This document shows, in pieces, positions 30,496-31,719 of a stretch of 31,719 bases of DNA; within the stretch, counting starts at the first letter, position 1; every line of letters begins with the position of its first letter. The translations under genes and the position numbers were made by a program. Source of the DNA: Cyanophora paradoxa CCMP329 (lineage: Eukaryota; Plantae; Glaucophyta); contig QPMI01000351.1 of NCBI GenBank assembly GCA_004431415.1, forward strand, positions 1 to 31,719, written 5' to 3'. The notes under the pieces are model-generated. The model saw only the letters and a list, made by a program, of their open reading frames with translations, did not search any database and had not been told where the DNA came from.

Positions 30496-31719
30496 CTACT
30501 CTGCCTTGGGGGCGCCGGCGCCGGCGCCGGCGTCGGAGAGGAAGGAGGCGAATTCGGCGTACTTGGAGGGCTTGCGGCGCGCGGTGATGGGCACCGGCTC
30601 GGGCGCCTCGAACTGCGGCGCCCGCACCGAGCGCATGCTCACGCTCGCCTGCGTGCCGGCCCCCTCCTCGCCCCCGCTGCCCCCGCTCCCGATCGACGTC
30701 CGCCTGCCGCGCGCCGGGATGAGGGCCGTGGAGGGAGGCGGGGAGGGGGCGGGCGGGGCGCGCTTGCGGCGAGGGCGTGGCGCCGAGCACTGCGGCGAAC
30801 TGGGTATACTTGGAGGGCCGCGGCGGGAGGCCGGCGGCCCCTCCGCCTCCCCGCGATCTCCGGCACGTTCACCGACCGCAGGCTCACCCGTGGCCGCCCC
30901 CCGCCGCACCCGCCCCCTCCCCTCCCCGTCCCCTCCCCTCGCTCTCCGCGGCGGCCTCCGTGGCGGGCGGCCGGCGAGCGGGGCGGCGGGCGCGGGCGGG
31001 GAGGGCGGCGCCGGCGGGGTCGGCGGGGTCCTCGTCGTCGGCGGCGCCCCAGCGGATGCTGCGGGCCGTCTTGCGCGAGCCGCGGCTCTTCACGCTCGTC
31101 TCCTCCGCCTTCTCCTCCCCGGGGGGCCCCGAGGGCGCCGCCTCCCCCGGCAGCACCGCGCCGCCGCCGCCGTACGCCACCTCCTGCACGCCGCTCAGCG
31201 CCGCTCGGCCAGGCGGGAGGCGGCGGGGGCGCGGGGGGCGCCTGGGAGAGGAAGGCGGTGGCCTTGAACTCGGGGACGTGGAAGTGGAGCCCCGCGCCCT
31301 CCCCGCGCCCCGTCCGCGCCGTCGCCCCCTCCGGCGTCTTCAGCGCGCTCTGCGCGCCGCCACGGGCTCGAGGCCCGCCCCAAGGTGCGCCAGCTAGCGC
31401 GCGGCGGAGGATGCGCACCCGCAGGATTGAGGCGGTGCGCGCCGCCGCGAGGGCCTCCGGGGTGGGCTCGAGGCGATCGGGCCGGAGCCGCCGGCCTGCA
31501 CGCAGGGCGTCAGGCCCACGGCGGGACGACGGGGCGCGAAAAGCGCGGCGGGCGGCGCCTGGGTGCGGGTGCGGGTGCGGGTGCGGGTGCGGGGGCGGGT
31601 GCGGGGGCGGGGCGGGCGCCGGCCGGCTCGGAGTCGGCGACGACGCGGGTGACCCAGAGGTGGCTCCGCGCCGCCGCCTGCGCCGGCCCGGAGGGGCGGG
31701 GTGAGCGGGGCGCGCTGGG
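30496..31719 (-). CDS. 3' part of an unknown low-complexity multi-exon gene that continues beyond the window
   Basis: Exon-like segments GLHFHVPEFKATAFLSQ, EVAYGG..SIRWGAADDED and terminal ..RRKPSKYAEFASFLSD..PKAE*, separated by host-type introns. An (AP)n tract is encoded by the (GGGTGC)n repeat at ~31560-31605. Confidence 0.55.

Overview
GC-rich, intron-dense eukaryotic DNA, probably from a unicellular eukaryote (inferred; species not determined). Bases ~1-11144 are one very long non-LTR retrotransposon. A possible upstream ORF overlaps (ATGA) the start of an ORF2 of roughly 3000 aa, which is broken by many 1-nt indels. ORF2 reads AP endonuclease - reverse transcriptase - RNase H - Cys/His finger - Ulp1/SENP-type (C48) cysteine protease with a complete catalytic set, then a structured 3' UTR and an A12 tail. 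The first ~180 bp of the window repeat an internal part of this element. An 88-bp satellite and a repeat-rich spacer follow. The rest is six spliced host genes: a PKD/IPT-ectodomain multipass membrane protein, a coiled-coil/TIR-like/beta-helix protein, mitochondrial ATP synthase subunit d head-to-head with a DENND6 homologue (75 bp between ATGs), an alpha/beta hydrolase, and the 3' end of an unknown minus-strand gene. Introns are short, with an unusual G(T/C)GCGC donor and many GC-AG cases. All gene models were spliced by eye and no database searches were run.
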